From an uncultured Candidatus Saccharimonadales bacterium (GTDB lineage: Bacteria; Patescibacteriota; Saccharimonadia; UBA4664), in contig CAYXSN010000009.1 in NCBI GenBank assembly GCA_964467655.1, forward strand, positions 85 to 64,084: DNA of 64,000 nt, written 5' to 3'. Positions 1-8,757 of this stretch are shown one piece after another. A program made the position numbers and the translations under genes. Below the pieces are notes generated by a model. It had not been told where the DNA came from. It did no database searches and was given only the letters and a program-made list of their open reading frames with translations. The number at the start of each line of letters is the position of its first letter. The stretch's first letter is position 1.

Positions 1-156
1 GGTGCATCAGCTTCAATTCTAGGCGCTGGCGGTGGGCTTGACATGTTTGATAATGAATTTGATGTTTCGGGTGATGTCGGATTAGATTTAACGGGTCGAA
101 TGCCATTTGAAGGCCACGCCGGCGCGCAGTGTACAGCAGCAAATGAATTATGGTAG
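1..156 (+). CDS. 3' end of a gene that starts upstream of the window (partial; function unknown)
   Basis: Open frame runs from position 1 to TAG at 154-156 with no internal stop. The translation (GASASILGAGGGLDMFDNEF...) looks protein-like. GC-rich like the backbone. Confidence 0.3.
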   Translation, partial: GASASILGAGGGLDMFDNEFDVSGDVGLDLTGRMPFEGHAGAQCTAANELW

Positions 157-164
157 GAGTTACG

Positions 165-359
165 ATGTCATTCGAAAATTTAAGATTAATAACAGTGCTA
201 CTGGTATTAATAATTATGATAAGAACCACATTGAGTGCCTCTAAGCTCAACAAGATTTTTCAAAAATATTACGGAACTAAAAATCAATACTCAGTTAAAA
301 ATATTAACGGACTTTCTAGCGCGGTCAGAGTAGTCTTATGCATTGATAAATTTAAGTGA
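165..359 (+). CDS. small hydrophobic protein, hypothetical
   Basis: ORF with an AGGAG-like ribosome-binding site 5 nt before ATG at 165. One predicted TM helix (ITVLLVLIIMI). Lies in the AT-rich islet. Confidence 0.3.
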   Translation: MSFENLRLITVLLVLIIMIRTTLSASKLNKIFQKYYGTKNQYSVKNINGLSSAVRVVLCIDKFK

Positions 360-384
360 TGTAACGGAGAAGGAGGCATTATCA

Positions 385-618
385 ATGCATATAATAAATT
401 CGTTTGTATTAATTCTTGGCGGAGTAGCTTGCGTAGCATTTAGAAAGTGGCTAACGACAGAGATATTGAAAACAGTTGAAGTTAGTACGCAGCGACGAGA
501 AGTCATAAAAGCGTACGCCCCCCATAACTGGCGCGATATTAATGATCATTGGTATATTAATGCTAATACAAGCGTTAACCAGTTGAACGAGATTCGACAG
601 ATTCCCCCAATACCTTGA
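385..618 (+). CDS. small membrane protein, hypothetical
   Basis: AAGGAGG ribosome-binding site 9 nt before ATG at 385. Hydrophobic N-terminus (FVLILGGVACVAF). AT-rich islet. Confidence 0.3.
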   Translation: MHIINSFVLILGGVACVAFRKWLTTEILKTVEVSTQRREVIKAYAPHNWRDINDHWYINANTSVNQLNEIRQIPPIP

Positions 619-619
619 G

Positions 620-1123
620 GTGTATCAATTAGCAAAAAAGTCAGAAATGAAGGACGTGCATACGCGACGAGATAAATTTGGCTGGATCTCTTGGGAATTG
701 GTGGCATTTGTATTGTTGATTGCTGCTATTCCGGCATTAGACTATGCAGCTAAACATTTGCACCAATTGCAAAAACATTTTGGTGGTCAGACAGCGACTG
801 CTTATGTGGATGCAAAGTATAACTCAGGCAATGTAGGCGCTAAAGGTAACTTTCTATCTCATCTTGCGAAAGTAAGCTACATAGCGAAAGATGGTTCAAT
901 ACAAACAGCTGAACTGTCTCTGGATTGGCAAACCTATAATAAGGCCACTAATGGGGCTGAGATTGAAATAGTTTATAATCCTCAGCGACCCAGTCAGGCC
1001 TACGCTATCGTTGGGCAGGGCATGCCGAGGTCTTGGTTACTTCCTCTAACGATAACCACGGCACTGGTTGTCATCACAGTGATTGAGCGTTATCACAGAA
1101 TACTATTTATGAAGATCAACTAA
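620..1123 (+). CDS. membrane protein, hypothetical (N- and C-terminal TM segments)
   Basis: 167-aa ORF with a GTG start (alternative ATG at 647). TM helices near both ends. AT-rich composition. Confidence 0.4.
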   Translation: MYQLAKKSEMKDVHTRRDKFGWISWELVAFVLLIAAIPALDYAAKHLHQLQKHFGGQTATAYVDAKYNSGNVGAKGNFLSHLAKVSYIAKDGSIQTAELSLDWQTYNKATNGAEIEIVYNPQRPSQAYAIVGQGMPRSWLLPLTITTALVVITVIERYHRILFMKIN

Positions 1124-1349
1124 GAATATCCCGTTCAATCTCTTTTTTGTCGTAACCCAATTCAATCAATCTATCGCAGATTGATTTGGTTACACCATTT
1201 GAAATGGTGCTATGCCTAGGATACGAGAACACTTGTCCGGTCCTCTCATGCTTAGCCAAAGCATGTTCTCCGCCTTCGCTAAGTATAAAGTCATGTTTTT
1301 TAAAGAATTTCCTAAGCTTTTTCTGACTTGACGACTTAAAGAAACCCAC
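1116..1349 (-). CDS. hicA: HicA-family mRNA interferase toxin
   Basis: 77 aa. Segment KKLRKFFKKHDFILSEGGEHALAKHE...SYPRH...GVTKSICDRLIEL matches the HicA fold pattern (kxlekxGf...gSHhxfxhp...vtvPxH...gtlksIlkqag). Confidence 0.65.
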   Translation of the reverse strand: MGFFKSSSQKKLRKFFKKHDFILSEGGEHALAKHERTGQVFSYPRHSTISNGVTKSICDRLIELGYDKKEIERDILS

Positions 1350-1358
1350 TTGCTTTTG

Positions 1359-1706
1359 TTAAACTGACTTTACTAGTGAAAGCGATTGGTCAGAAGATAC
1401 GCTGCCCTCTGGCTTTAACACCTGTCGATAGAAAGGGCGGTAGTTTTCGGGGATATTCTTATATGTAAATATGAGATCATTGACCATGTCAACAAGCGCT
1501 TCTTCAGTTTTAGCTTCTGTAACAAGAAAAACTGAGTCAGACAGCTTAGAGTGCTCAATGCCTGTTATTACCGCTAAAAATGAATCACCGTTCTGCTTAA
1601 TCTTCAATTGAATACTATCTGGTATGGCAGACCGGTAGGCATCGACTAACTCAGGGTCGATCCGGTAGCCAACAATTTTATTCTTTATTATTATACCCAA
1701 TTTCAT
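1359..1706 (-). CDS. hicB: HicB-like antitoxin (UPF0150 / RNase-H-like fold), tentative
   Basis: 115 aa, immediately upstream of and co-directional with hicA (10-nt gap). Segment DSFLAVITGIE...SVFLVTEAKTEEALVDMVNDLI resembles the HicB N-domain core. No obvious DNA-binding C-terminal domain. Confidence 0.45.
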   Translation of the reverse strand: MKLGIIIKNKIVGYRIDPELVDAYRSAIPDSIQLKIKQNGDSFLAVITGIEHSKLSDSVFLVTEAKTEEALVDMVNDLIFTYKNIPENYRPFYRQVLKPEGSVSSDQSLSLVKSV

Positions 1707-1835
1707 ATAGTAGCGAATTATATCATACTAAGCTTATACTATAACGCATTCAATTTACCACTTAAGTACCGGTAAATACCGACAATTCCATTCAACTAAA
1801 AATTGTAGATATAGCCAATATACTCAGAAAGTTAT

Positions 1836-2150
1836 CCTAATAACTAATTGCCACGGGCACCGTTTTGGTGGTGCCGTTGTCGGTAGCGGTAAACGTCACG
1901 GTGAAACTGTGGTGGGCCGACGGGTCGGCTAGCTGGCAGTTCCACACATAGGTGGTAGCCGTCTCTTGGAGAGCGATTGGCTGCCACAATATTGGCTACC
2001 GGTATTGGCGTAGGTGACTGCCGGGTTGCCACTGAAGTTGCCTCCCGGCGTAATGGTTAGTTGGGCAAATACGCCGGTAAACGACCCGTAAGGGTAGGCA
2101 TTTTGCTGGCCGGTGCAGTGGCGGCGCCTAAGGCCAAGAACTATGGGCGC
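1836..2150 (-). pseudogene. degraded gene remnant (start-less coding frame with at least one frameshift)
   Basis: Manual translation of the minus strand gives protein-like stretches (AYPYGSFTGVFAQLTITPGGNFSGNPAVTYANTGSQ, then ETATTYVWNCQLADPSAHHSFTVTFTATDNGTTKTVPVAISY*) in two frames. There is no start codon. It sits exactly at the junction between the GC-rich backbone and the AT-rich islet. Confidence 0.25.
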
Positions 2151-2175
2151 CTAGGAAGTGGGGAAGTTGGTAGTT

Positions 2176-3150
2176 TCATTTCTGCACGTTCCGCCGGGTG
2201 GCATCGGCTACCAGCACCGTACTCGAGAGCTCTTCCATGATGTGGTACGCCGGCTGGGCCCTAGTTTCTTCAAGGATGCGGCCCAGGTACTCGCAGATGA
2301 CGCTCAGCATCAAAAACAAGAAGAAAAACATAACGGCCATTTCCAGGGACAGTGTCGTCCAGCCCTCGCTGACCCGCTGGTTAAACAAGTAGTTAGCGAT
2401 GGCGTACAGCGCGTACAGCAGGTTCACGCCGCTCACCACCAGGCCCAGGGTACTCACCATGCGCAACGGGTGCTGTGAATAGCTCACCACAATCTCTTTG
2501 GCCAGCCGCATCGACTCCACCAAGCCCCGCTCAGTGCCTTCGGCCAGCTCGGGTTTGTATTTGTACACGCTCGTTTTAAACCCGACCTGCCGGGTGAGGT
2601 GCCGCACGTGACGGTACCGGCCCTTGATGCGCGTGAGGGCGTTGATGGAGCGGCGGTTGAGGCCCACCAGGTAGGTGGAGTCGGGCGGAATGTTGAGGCC
2701 CAGGTATTTGCGGCCGTACCAGTAAAACAAACTGGCTCCCAGCTTGGCGATAGGCGAGCGTCTGGTGGGTACTTCGCTCAGGCCATACACGATGTCTGAG
2801 CCGTTGGCCATGATAGTCACCATATCGCCGATCGCTTCCACCGGATCACTGCCGGGCAGCATCACAATCACGTAGTCGCCAATGGCGGCTTCGAGACCCG
2901 CAAACAGCATGACGTCTCGGTTAGCCTTGGCCGAAAGCCTGATCAGCCTGATGCAGGGTAGGTCCTTGAGCAGTTTGCCTAAGCGCTCCAGGGTCGGCTC
3001 GTCGGCCGCCGCGTCCACCAGCAGTAGTTCGTAATTGGTGTAGTGCTCAGCAAGGAAACTGCTGGTATCCTCCACGAATGTAGCCATAACCTCGGCTGTC
3101 CCCAGCACCGGCGCCACCACCGTCACCAAAATGTCCTGCTTTGCGCTCAT
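2176..3150 (-). CDS. family-2 glycosyltransferase, polyprenyl-phosphate sugar synthase type (GtrB/DPM-synthase-like) with C-terminal TM segments
   Basis: GT2 Rossmann core (ELLLVDAAADEP...DYVIVMLPGSD...) followed by two C-terminal hydrophobic helices, the architecture of GtrB/ArnC. Confidence 0.8.
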   Translation of the reverse strand: MSAKQDILVTVVAPVLGTAEVMATFVEDTSSFLAEHYTNYELLLVDAAADEPTLERLGKLLKDLPCIRLIRLSAKANRDVMLFAGLEAAIGDYVIVMLPGSDPVEAIGDMVTIMANGSDIVYGLSEVPTRRSPIAKLGASLFYWYGRKYLGLNIPPDSTYLVGLNRRSINALTRIKGRYRHVRHLTRQVGFKTSVYKYKPELAEGTERGLVESMRLAKEIVVSYSQHPLRMVSTLGLVVSGVNLLYALYAIANYLFNQRVSEGWTTLSLEMAVMFFFLFLMLSVICEYLGRILEETRAQPAYHIMEELSSTVLVADATRRNVQK

Positions 3151-4247
3151 CCCTCTAGTTCCTTCAAGACATCATAAATATTATCTAATTTCCCGCCCAT
3201 AATACAGGTATAACCCACCAAACCGCCGTGGTCTGGCTTGTACAAGATGGGCCGGCTGTCATCGCCCTCACTTTGCGGCAGCACCGTTTTTACCTCGTAC
3301 AATGAGTCGACATATTTCGACTTGGCTAGCACCGGCAGGTAGCGCTGGGAGTCAGCCAACATCTTGGGGTAGGCCGAGGTTAGTTTCAGACCCGCCAGAT
3401 ACTCGTACGAATCACGTTTGTCGCTATCAGGTTTGGCCTCGTGCCACTCGGTGTGGGGCGTATAGCGCACATGGGTCAGGCTGTGCAAACCCCGGGCTGG
3501 AAACGGCATAGTCGAAAAGAACGGCCCGCACATCACCGTCACACCTTTGTCCGCCAGCTCAGTGGGCGGCTCGATGAGGGCAATCTCGGCGATTTCATGC
3601 TTGAGTGGCAGCTCAGGCAGGCTACTGCGGCGGTTGATCTCGTTGATGCGGGCGTAAGTACAGTTAAATACTCGCTCCACTACCAACTCATGCTCCCGGC
3701 CACCCTGTTCATATCTCAAGCTCAGACCGCCCGCCGCCCGGCTGACCGCCAATACCTCTGCGCCCAGCTCAACGCCGACGCCGGCCCGTGCCAGTTGGCC
3801 TTGCAGTTCGGCGGCAATGGCGTCGGCGTTAAAGGCGTATTCTTCGACAGTAAATACCGCTTCGATCAGTCGGTCATCAAACAGCTGAACCACTCGCTCT
3901 GGCGCCGGTTTGATTGGTGCTTCAATCCGAGCACAAAACAGTCCGAACTGCTGGTGCGACACCTTGGAAAACTGCCGGGCAATGGCGTAGTACTTCTCGA
4001 AACTCGTATCAATGCAATCCTGGTACTCGTCATAAAACGTCGGCAGGTTCACCCGTGAGCGCAGGGCTGTCAGGAGGCTGCGGGGGTAGTGGTAGCCGCC
4101 GTGTACCCGGGCCTGGTTGGTGTATGAGGCCCGCCGCATCAGGAGCGTCTCCCGCTCAAGCATTGTCACTCGGTAACCTTGGCGGGCCAGCTCCATGGCT
4201 ACCCTGGCACCAAAAAAACCACCCCCGATCACTGCTGCCGTTTTCAT
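3147..4247 (-). CDS. FAD-dependent oxidoreductase, possibly UDP-galactopyranose-mutase-like
   Basis: N-terminal dinucleotide-binding motif MKTAAVIGGGFFGARVAMELA...ER. The RVHGGYHYPRS segment resembles the Glf signature HKYGAHIFHT. I use an internal ATG (4247), because the longer ORF start would overlap the divergent gene. Confidence 0.65.
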   Translation of the reverse strand: MKTAAVIGGGFFGARVAMELARQGYRVTMLERETLLMRRASYTNQARVHGGYHYPRSLLTALRSRVNLPTFYDEYQDCIDTSFEKYYAIARQFSKVSHQQFGLFCARIEAPIKPAPERVVQLFDDRLIEAVFTVEEYAFNADAIAAELQGQLARAGVGVELGAEVLAVSRAAGGLSLRYEQGGREHELVVERVFNCTYARINEINRRSSLPELPLKHEIAEIALIEPPTELADKGVTVMCGPFFSTMPFPARGLHSLTHVRYTPHTEWHEAKPDSDKRDSYEYLAGLKLTSAYPKMLADSQRYLPVLAKSKYVDSLYEVKTVLPQSEGDDSRPILYKPDHGGLVGYTCIMGGKLDNIYDVLKELEG

Positions 4248-4269
4248 ATCAATATGGTACCATGTCGCT

Positions 4270-5061
4270 ATGAAATTACAGGATAGCTGGCAAATTCCGG
4301 CATACGAAGTCAAAGAGTTCCGGCCCAAAACCACCAAGTACGCTGTGTGTGTCTTTCTGATCAACGAAGGCGACAAGATCAAAAAGCAATTGGCCCGCAT
4401 GGCCGCCCAGGCAGACCTGGCCGACATCATCATTGCTGACGGCGGCTCCACCGACGGGTCGTTGTCAGAAGACGTGCTCAAATCCGCCAACGTCAAAGCC
4501 TTGCTCACCAAAAAAGAGCCGGGCAAACTGGGCACCCAGATGCGTATGGCCTTTGCCTACTGCCTGGAGCAAGGTTACGAGGGTGTGGTAGTGGTCGATG
4601 GCAACAACAAAGACGATACCTCAGCCCTGCCATTGTTTATCCAAGCCCTCGACCAGGGCATCGACCACATCCAGGGCTCGAGGTTCATACCGGGCGGCAA
4701 AGCTATCAACACGCCAATCGAGCGACTGGTCGGCCTGCACTTGCTGCACGCACCCTTGGTGAGCTTGTCGGCTGGGCGCCGCTACACCGACACCACCAAC
4801 GGCTTCAGGGCGTACTCCAAGAAGCTGCTTACCCACGACAAAATGGCTGTCTTCCGCAAAGTCTTCAAGGGCTACGAGCTGCATTATTACTTGGCAATCA
4901 GGTCGGCCAACATCGGGCTGAAAGGTAAAGAAGTCCCGGTCACCCGCGAATATCCCAAAAACTCACCGACTCCCACCAAAATCAGCCCCATCAAAGGCAA
5001 CCTCGGCGTCCTCAAAGTGCTCTTCAAAGCCGCCCTGCATCGTTACGATCCCAAAAGCTAA
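4270..5061 (+). CDS. family-2 glycosyltransferase
   Basis: Motifs ADGGSTDGS and VVVDGNNKDD (GT2 DxD region). Start moved to ATG 4270 after the divergent neighbour. Confidence 0.75.
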   Translation: MKLQDSWQIPAYEVKEFRPKTTKYAVCVFLINEGDKIKKQLARMAAQADLADIIIADGGSTDGSLSEDVLKSANVKALLTKKEPGKLGTQMRMAFAYCLEQGYEGVVVVDGNNKDDTSALPLFIQALDQGIDHIQGSRFIPGGKAINTPIERLVGLHLLHAPLVSLSAGRRYTDTTNGFRAYSKKLLTHDKMAVFRKVFKGYELHYYLAIRSANIGLKGKEVPVTREYPKNSPTPTKISPIKGNLGVLKVLFKAALHRYDPKS

Positions 5062-7106
5062 AGGCTGTACAGCTGTAAACCACTCACTGGCAGGCGCTTC
5101 ATGCTGTCTGGAATCAGATTCTCGATGCCCTGAGCCGTCAGGGCCTCGCGTTGCTCGAGCGTCAAATCCATCACGCGGTACCGCACCCCGGTCACCTTAA
5201 ACCGTCCGCCCGGTACCAGTGACCGAATGTAGGTCTCGAGCACCGGCGTTTGCCCCGCCTTGACCACTACAGGGAACTGCCAGCGCTGTTGGTAGGTCGG
5301 TAATGATGCAGGAATGGTGCTCAAGCTATTGTCTGATCTCACCAAGTAGCGGGGGAGCTTGCCCACGAGCGGCAAAGGCCCGAGTACGCTGTGGGCATCA
5401 TAATCAATCTCGACAGTCACCACACTCCCGTCAGGTAGGTCGGCCGGTAATTGGTTGAGCGCCTGGGTCGGCCCGGCCGGGGCGGCCTCGGCCAGCCATG
5501 GCTGATCGTTGGGGTTGGTCCAGGCAGCACTTTTGCGTTTCCATAGGATGCTATGAGGCGTAATGGCAGCGTAGTCGTAATTGGCCAGCACTAACTGGTA
5601 AAAGTCCCAGTGCTCCATTTGCAGCCACTGCTCATAGCCGGTGAAATCAAACCTCACGGTTTGGACGAAATCAGGCCGGGTCTGTTGGAATGAAGTCAGA
5701 TATGCGGCTCGCCGCTCAGGCCCGAGCGCATGGATGATGTAGTCGTAGCCCGACGGTTGGAAAGCTTTGGCTTCAGCCTCGGGAATGCTGGCATAGGTCG
5801 ACCAAAGCGTTGCGCCCTCGGGAATAGTCTGTTTCACCGTATTCACATAGAGATCCCAGCCAAGTCCCAGGTGTACCCCCTGCACCGTACCAGGCGTAAA
5901 CTGGGTAATATTCGGCCGGGCCGTTAAGCCGCCAGGCAGTTGCATGTGGGCAATTAGAACGAGTCCGGCCAGCCCCAACGCCAGCAGGTTTTGGGCCTGC
6001 GAATCAATCAAAGGCTTTTGGGTCCGCCACCAGGTGTAGCTTAATGTGATGCCCCCGATGATAAACACCCGCCACAAAGGCTGGAGGTAGCTTTCCACCT
6101 CAATACCCAGCATAGCTACGGTGGTTATCAGGCCGTAAACCACCAAAAACAGGTAACCCTGGACCTGGTCAACCGCTACAGAGGTACGGTATCGCCACAG
6201 CACCACTAGTGCCGGCAGGCCGATCAGCCACGTCGGCCTCAAGAATCTGTCTTCCACCAGCGACTTAACCGAATCAATGAAAATATTGGGCGGCGCGCCA
6301 AAGTACCAGAACTGGTCACCCGGCACGTCGCTTAAGGCGTAACGTATGGGTTCCAACCAATGGGTCCCGGCTACCAGCATAAACGCTCCAGCCGCCACTG
6401 CCCCAATGATGACGGCATCTCTCACCAGCCGCCAGGCGCTCAGCCACCAGGGCCCAAACCCGAAGGCGCCCTCAACCAAGAGGTAGGCAATCACCGCTGC
6501 AGTACCGTGCTCGACACTGGTGAAGAACGCCAGCCCCAGCACCACCAGTGTCAGCAGCTTGACCACCAAATGCCACCGGGGCCGGCCGTACCAACGGTGT
6601 GTCAACATGACGCCGGCACCGGCTAGCAGTGGCAAGGCCGACCTTACGCCCAAGAGCGAGTTGTTTGAGGTCACGAGCAGTGACACGTAGTAGTACGCCA
6701 GCATTAGCACACCCAGTATGACGACAGTTACCCGGATCGACCGGCTGGCCACATACGCCAAAACCGCCGATGTAATCAAAAACAAGGCCGGCGAAATAAT
6801 CTCCCGTGACAGTTCAGAAGCGTGCAAGTTGCTGCCAAAAGCCGCAAACAAAGGGTAATGGACGAGTAGCGTTCCCAACCCATGGAAAAAGGGGAAGTCC
6901 ACGCCTGGAGTTTGGCCAGCCGCCACGCGTCGCAGCGGATCAAACAGCTGGAAGGCACCATCAATCGGGAAAATATTGAAATATTCTGACCTCACCCTGA
7001 TCCGTCCGACCAAGAGATGTAGCCGGTCTAAGAGGGTATAGGTCGTGACGAGTAAGAAAACTGTCCAACCCCACGACCGTGGGCTGCGCAAGAGGTGAGT
7101 GTCCAT
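5058..7106 (-). CDS. large polytopic membrane protein with ~300-aa C-terminal extracytoplasmic domain; candidate GT-C-type (GtrC-like) glycosyltransferase
   Basis: At least 10 predicted TM helices in the N-terminal 380 aa, then a soluble domain. Genomic context with GtrA-like and GtrB-like genes. Start set at ATG 7106 (MDTHLLRSP...) to avoid overlap with the divergent gene at 7164. Confidence 0.5.
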   Translation of the reverse strand: MDTHLLRSPRSWGWTVFLLVTTYTLLDRLHLLVGRIRVRSEYFNIFPIDGAFQLFDPLRRVAAGQTPGVDFPFFHGLGTLLVHYPLFAAFGSNLHASELSREIISPALFLITSAVLAYVASRSIRVTVVILGVLMLAYYYVSLLVTSNNSLLGVRSALPLLAGAGVMLTHRWYGRPRWHLVVKLLTLVVLGLAFFTSVEHGTAAVIAYLLVEGAFGFGPWWLSAWRLVRDAVIIGAVAAGAFMLVAGTHWLEPIRYALSDVPGDQFWYFGAPPNIFIDSVKSLVEDRFLRPTWLIGLPALVVLWRYRTSVAVDQVQGYLFLVVYGLITTVAMLGIEVESYLQPLWRVFIIGGITLSYTWWRTQKPLIDSQAQNLLALGLAGLVLIAHMQLPGGLTARPNITQFTPGTVQGVHLGLGWDLYVNTVKQTIPEGATLWSTYASIPEAEAKAFQPSGYDYIIHALGPERRAAYLTSFQQTRPDFVQTVRFDFTGYEQWLQMEHWDFYQLVLANYDYAAITPHSILWKRKSAAWTNPNDQPWLAEAAPAGPTQALNQLPADLPDGSVVTVEIDYDAHSVLGPLPLVGKLPRYLVRSDNSLSTIPASLPTYQQRWQFPVVVKAGQTPVLETYIRSLVPGGRFKVTGVRYRVMDLTLEQREALTAQGIENLIPDSMKRLPVSGLQLYSL

Positions 7107-7163
7107 ATAATCTAAGATTCTAACATTTACTGCTATAATCTTGGCAACAGGAGGAGAAATTTC

Positions 7164-7940
7164 GTGGCAGGCAAGCAGGCGCTTATTGGCTATACCGGGT
7201 TTGTTGGTGGCAACCTCAAAAGCCAGGGTAGTTTTACCGATTTCTTTAATACCAAAAACATCACCGACATCGACGGTCAACAATTCGATCTGGTCGTGTC
7301 ATCGGCCACACCTGCCGAAATGTGGAAGGCCAATCAGGAACCCGAGGCCGACATGGCTAGCATCCAGGCACTCATAGACCATTTGGCGACAGTCAAAGCC
7401 CGCCGGTTTGTACTCATTTCCACCATTGCTACCTATGCCCATCCCACGAGCGTCAACGAAGATTCAGACCTGGTGACCGCCGAAGCCACGCCTTACGGCG
7501 CCCACCGGGCCAAGTTGGAAGCTTTTTGCCACCAGACGTTTGACCAGCTCGTCGTTGTCAGGTTACCTGGACTGTTCGGGAATGGGCTCAAGAAAAACGT
7601 CATCTACGATTTTCTGCACCATAACGACGTCGCCAAAATTGACTCGCGGGCAGTCTATCAGTTTTACAACCTCGACAGGATTTGGGCTGACATCAAAGTT
7701 GCCCTCGACAATCAGCTGCCGCTCGTTAACTTGGCTGTCGAGCCCACGAGTGTCGCCGAAGTTGCTCGCCATGGCTTTGGCCTCGCCTTCGACCAACATA
7801 CCTTGCCCGACGACAAATTGCCGTATTTCGACATGCATACCAAGTACGCTGGGCTGTACGGCCAAAACGGCAATTACATCGAAACCAAAGACCAGGTTTT
7901 GGCCGGCATCAAAGCCTTTGTTGACCGGGAACGTTCATGA
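7164..7940 (+). CDS. short NAD(P)-dependent sugar epimerase/reductase (SDR, RmlD-like)
   Basis: N-terminal GYTGFVGGNL glycine motif and a YxxxK catalytic motif (TPYGAHRAK). ~258 aa. GTG start preceded by AGGAGGA and a TGCTATAAT -10-like box. Confidence 0.65.
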   Translation: MAGKQALIGYTGFVGGNLKSQGSFTDFFNTKNITDIDGQQFDLVVSSATPAEMWKANQEPEADMASIQALIDHLATVKARRFVLISTIATYAHPTSVNEDSDLVTAEATPYGAHRAKLEAFCHQTFDQLVVVRLPGLFGNGLKKNVIYDFLHHNDVAKIDSRAVYQFYNLDRIWADIKVALDNQLPLVNLAVEPTSVAEVARHGFGLAFDQHTLPDDKLPYFDMHTKYAGLYGQNGNYIETKDQVLAGIKAFVDRERS

Positions 7941-7953
7941 GCAGGCAGCATTC

Positions 7954-8757
7954 ATGAGGCTGGCCGTCTCCAACATCGCGTGGGAGCCGGCCGAAGAAGC
8001 GGCCGCCGCCCAGCTGCTGACCAGGCTCGGTGTGAATCGTATTGAACTGGCACCTACCAAGCGCTGGCCCGATCTCACCAAAGCGCCGACCAATGACATT
8101 GCCACCTATCGTCGCTGGTGGGAAGACGAGGGTTTTACCGTGGTTGCCACCCAATCAATCATGTTCGGCCGGCCCGACCTGCAGGTATTTGGCACCCCTG
8201 AAAATCGCCGCCACACACTGGAATTTCTGAAAACCACCATTACCCTCAGTGCGGGCTTAGGTGCCAAAGCTATCGTCTTCGGCTCACCCAAAAACCGCCA
8301 GCGCGGTGAACTCTCGCCGGCTGCCGCTCTCGACCTGGCCGTACCGTTTTTCTCGGAGCTGGGAGCGTTCGCTCACGCTGCCGGCGTCAAGTTCTGCATT
8401 GAGCCCAATGCCCCCGAGTACGCCTGCGACTTTGTGACCACTGCTGCTGAGGGCGCCGCTTTGGTGGAGGCCGTGGCCACCCCTGGCTTTGCGCTGCACC
8501 TGGATGCTGCCTGCATGGCCATGGTGCACGATGACCCTGCCGTACTTGGCCAGTACCAGCCACAACATTTCCACATTTCTGCCCCCATGCTCGAGGCAGT
8601 GCCAGACGCCAGTGTGCCCTATGCCCAAATGGCCAAAGTGCTCAAGAATAGCCGCTACCAAGGAGTGTATTCCATCGAGATGAAAGCCCAAGGCGGCGGC
8701 AACTTAGCTAGGGTCGAACAGGCGGTACGCTTTGCTCAGACCACCTTTGACAGCTGA
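7954..8757 (+). CDS. sugar-phosphate isomerase/epimerase (xylose-isomerase-like TIM barrel)
   Basis: Typical family layout (MRLAVSNIAWE...IELAPTK...EPNAPEYACDF...HLDAACMA). Start at ATG 7954, in frame with the table ORF 7540. Confidence 0.7.
   Translation: MRLAVSNIAWEPAEEAAAAQLLTRLGVNRIELAPTKRWPDLTKAPTNDIATYRRWWEDEGFTVVATQSIMFGRPDLQVFGTPENRRHTLEFLKTTITLSAGLGAKAIVFGSPKNRQRGELSPAAALDLAVPFFSELGAFAHAAGVKFCIEPNAPEYACDFVTTAAEGAALVEAVATPGFALHLDAACMAMVHDDPAVLGQYQPQHFHISAPMLEAVPDASVPYAQMAKVLKNSRYQGVYSIEMKAQGGGNLARVEQAVRFAQTTFDS

Noticed and set aside
2158-2478. Numerous table ORFs antisense to or nested in strong genes (e.g. 2158-2478, 3441-4058, 3914-4273, 8284-8691, 10592-10984, 12480-13013, 26944-27591, 29489-30058, 33662-34174, 45298-45966, 54421-54795, 57322-57667)
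   Set aside because: They are typical high-GC shadow ORFs, Arg/Ala/Pro/Gly-rich with no motifs. They overlap genes with clear homology on the other strand.
7540-7953. Long 5' extension of the sugar-isomerase ORF (table start 7540)
   Set aside because: It overlaps the SDR gene in another frame and has a Ser/Thr/Cys-rich, unnatural composition. ATG 7954 directly after the SDR stop is the credible start.
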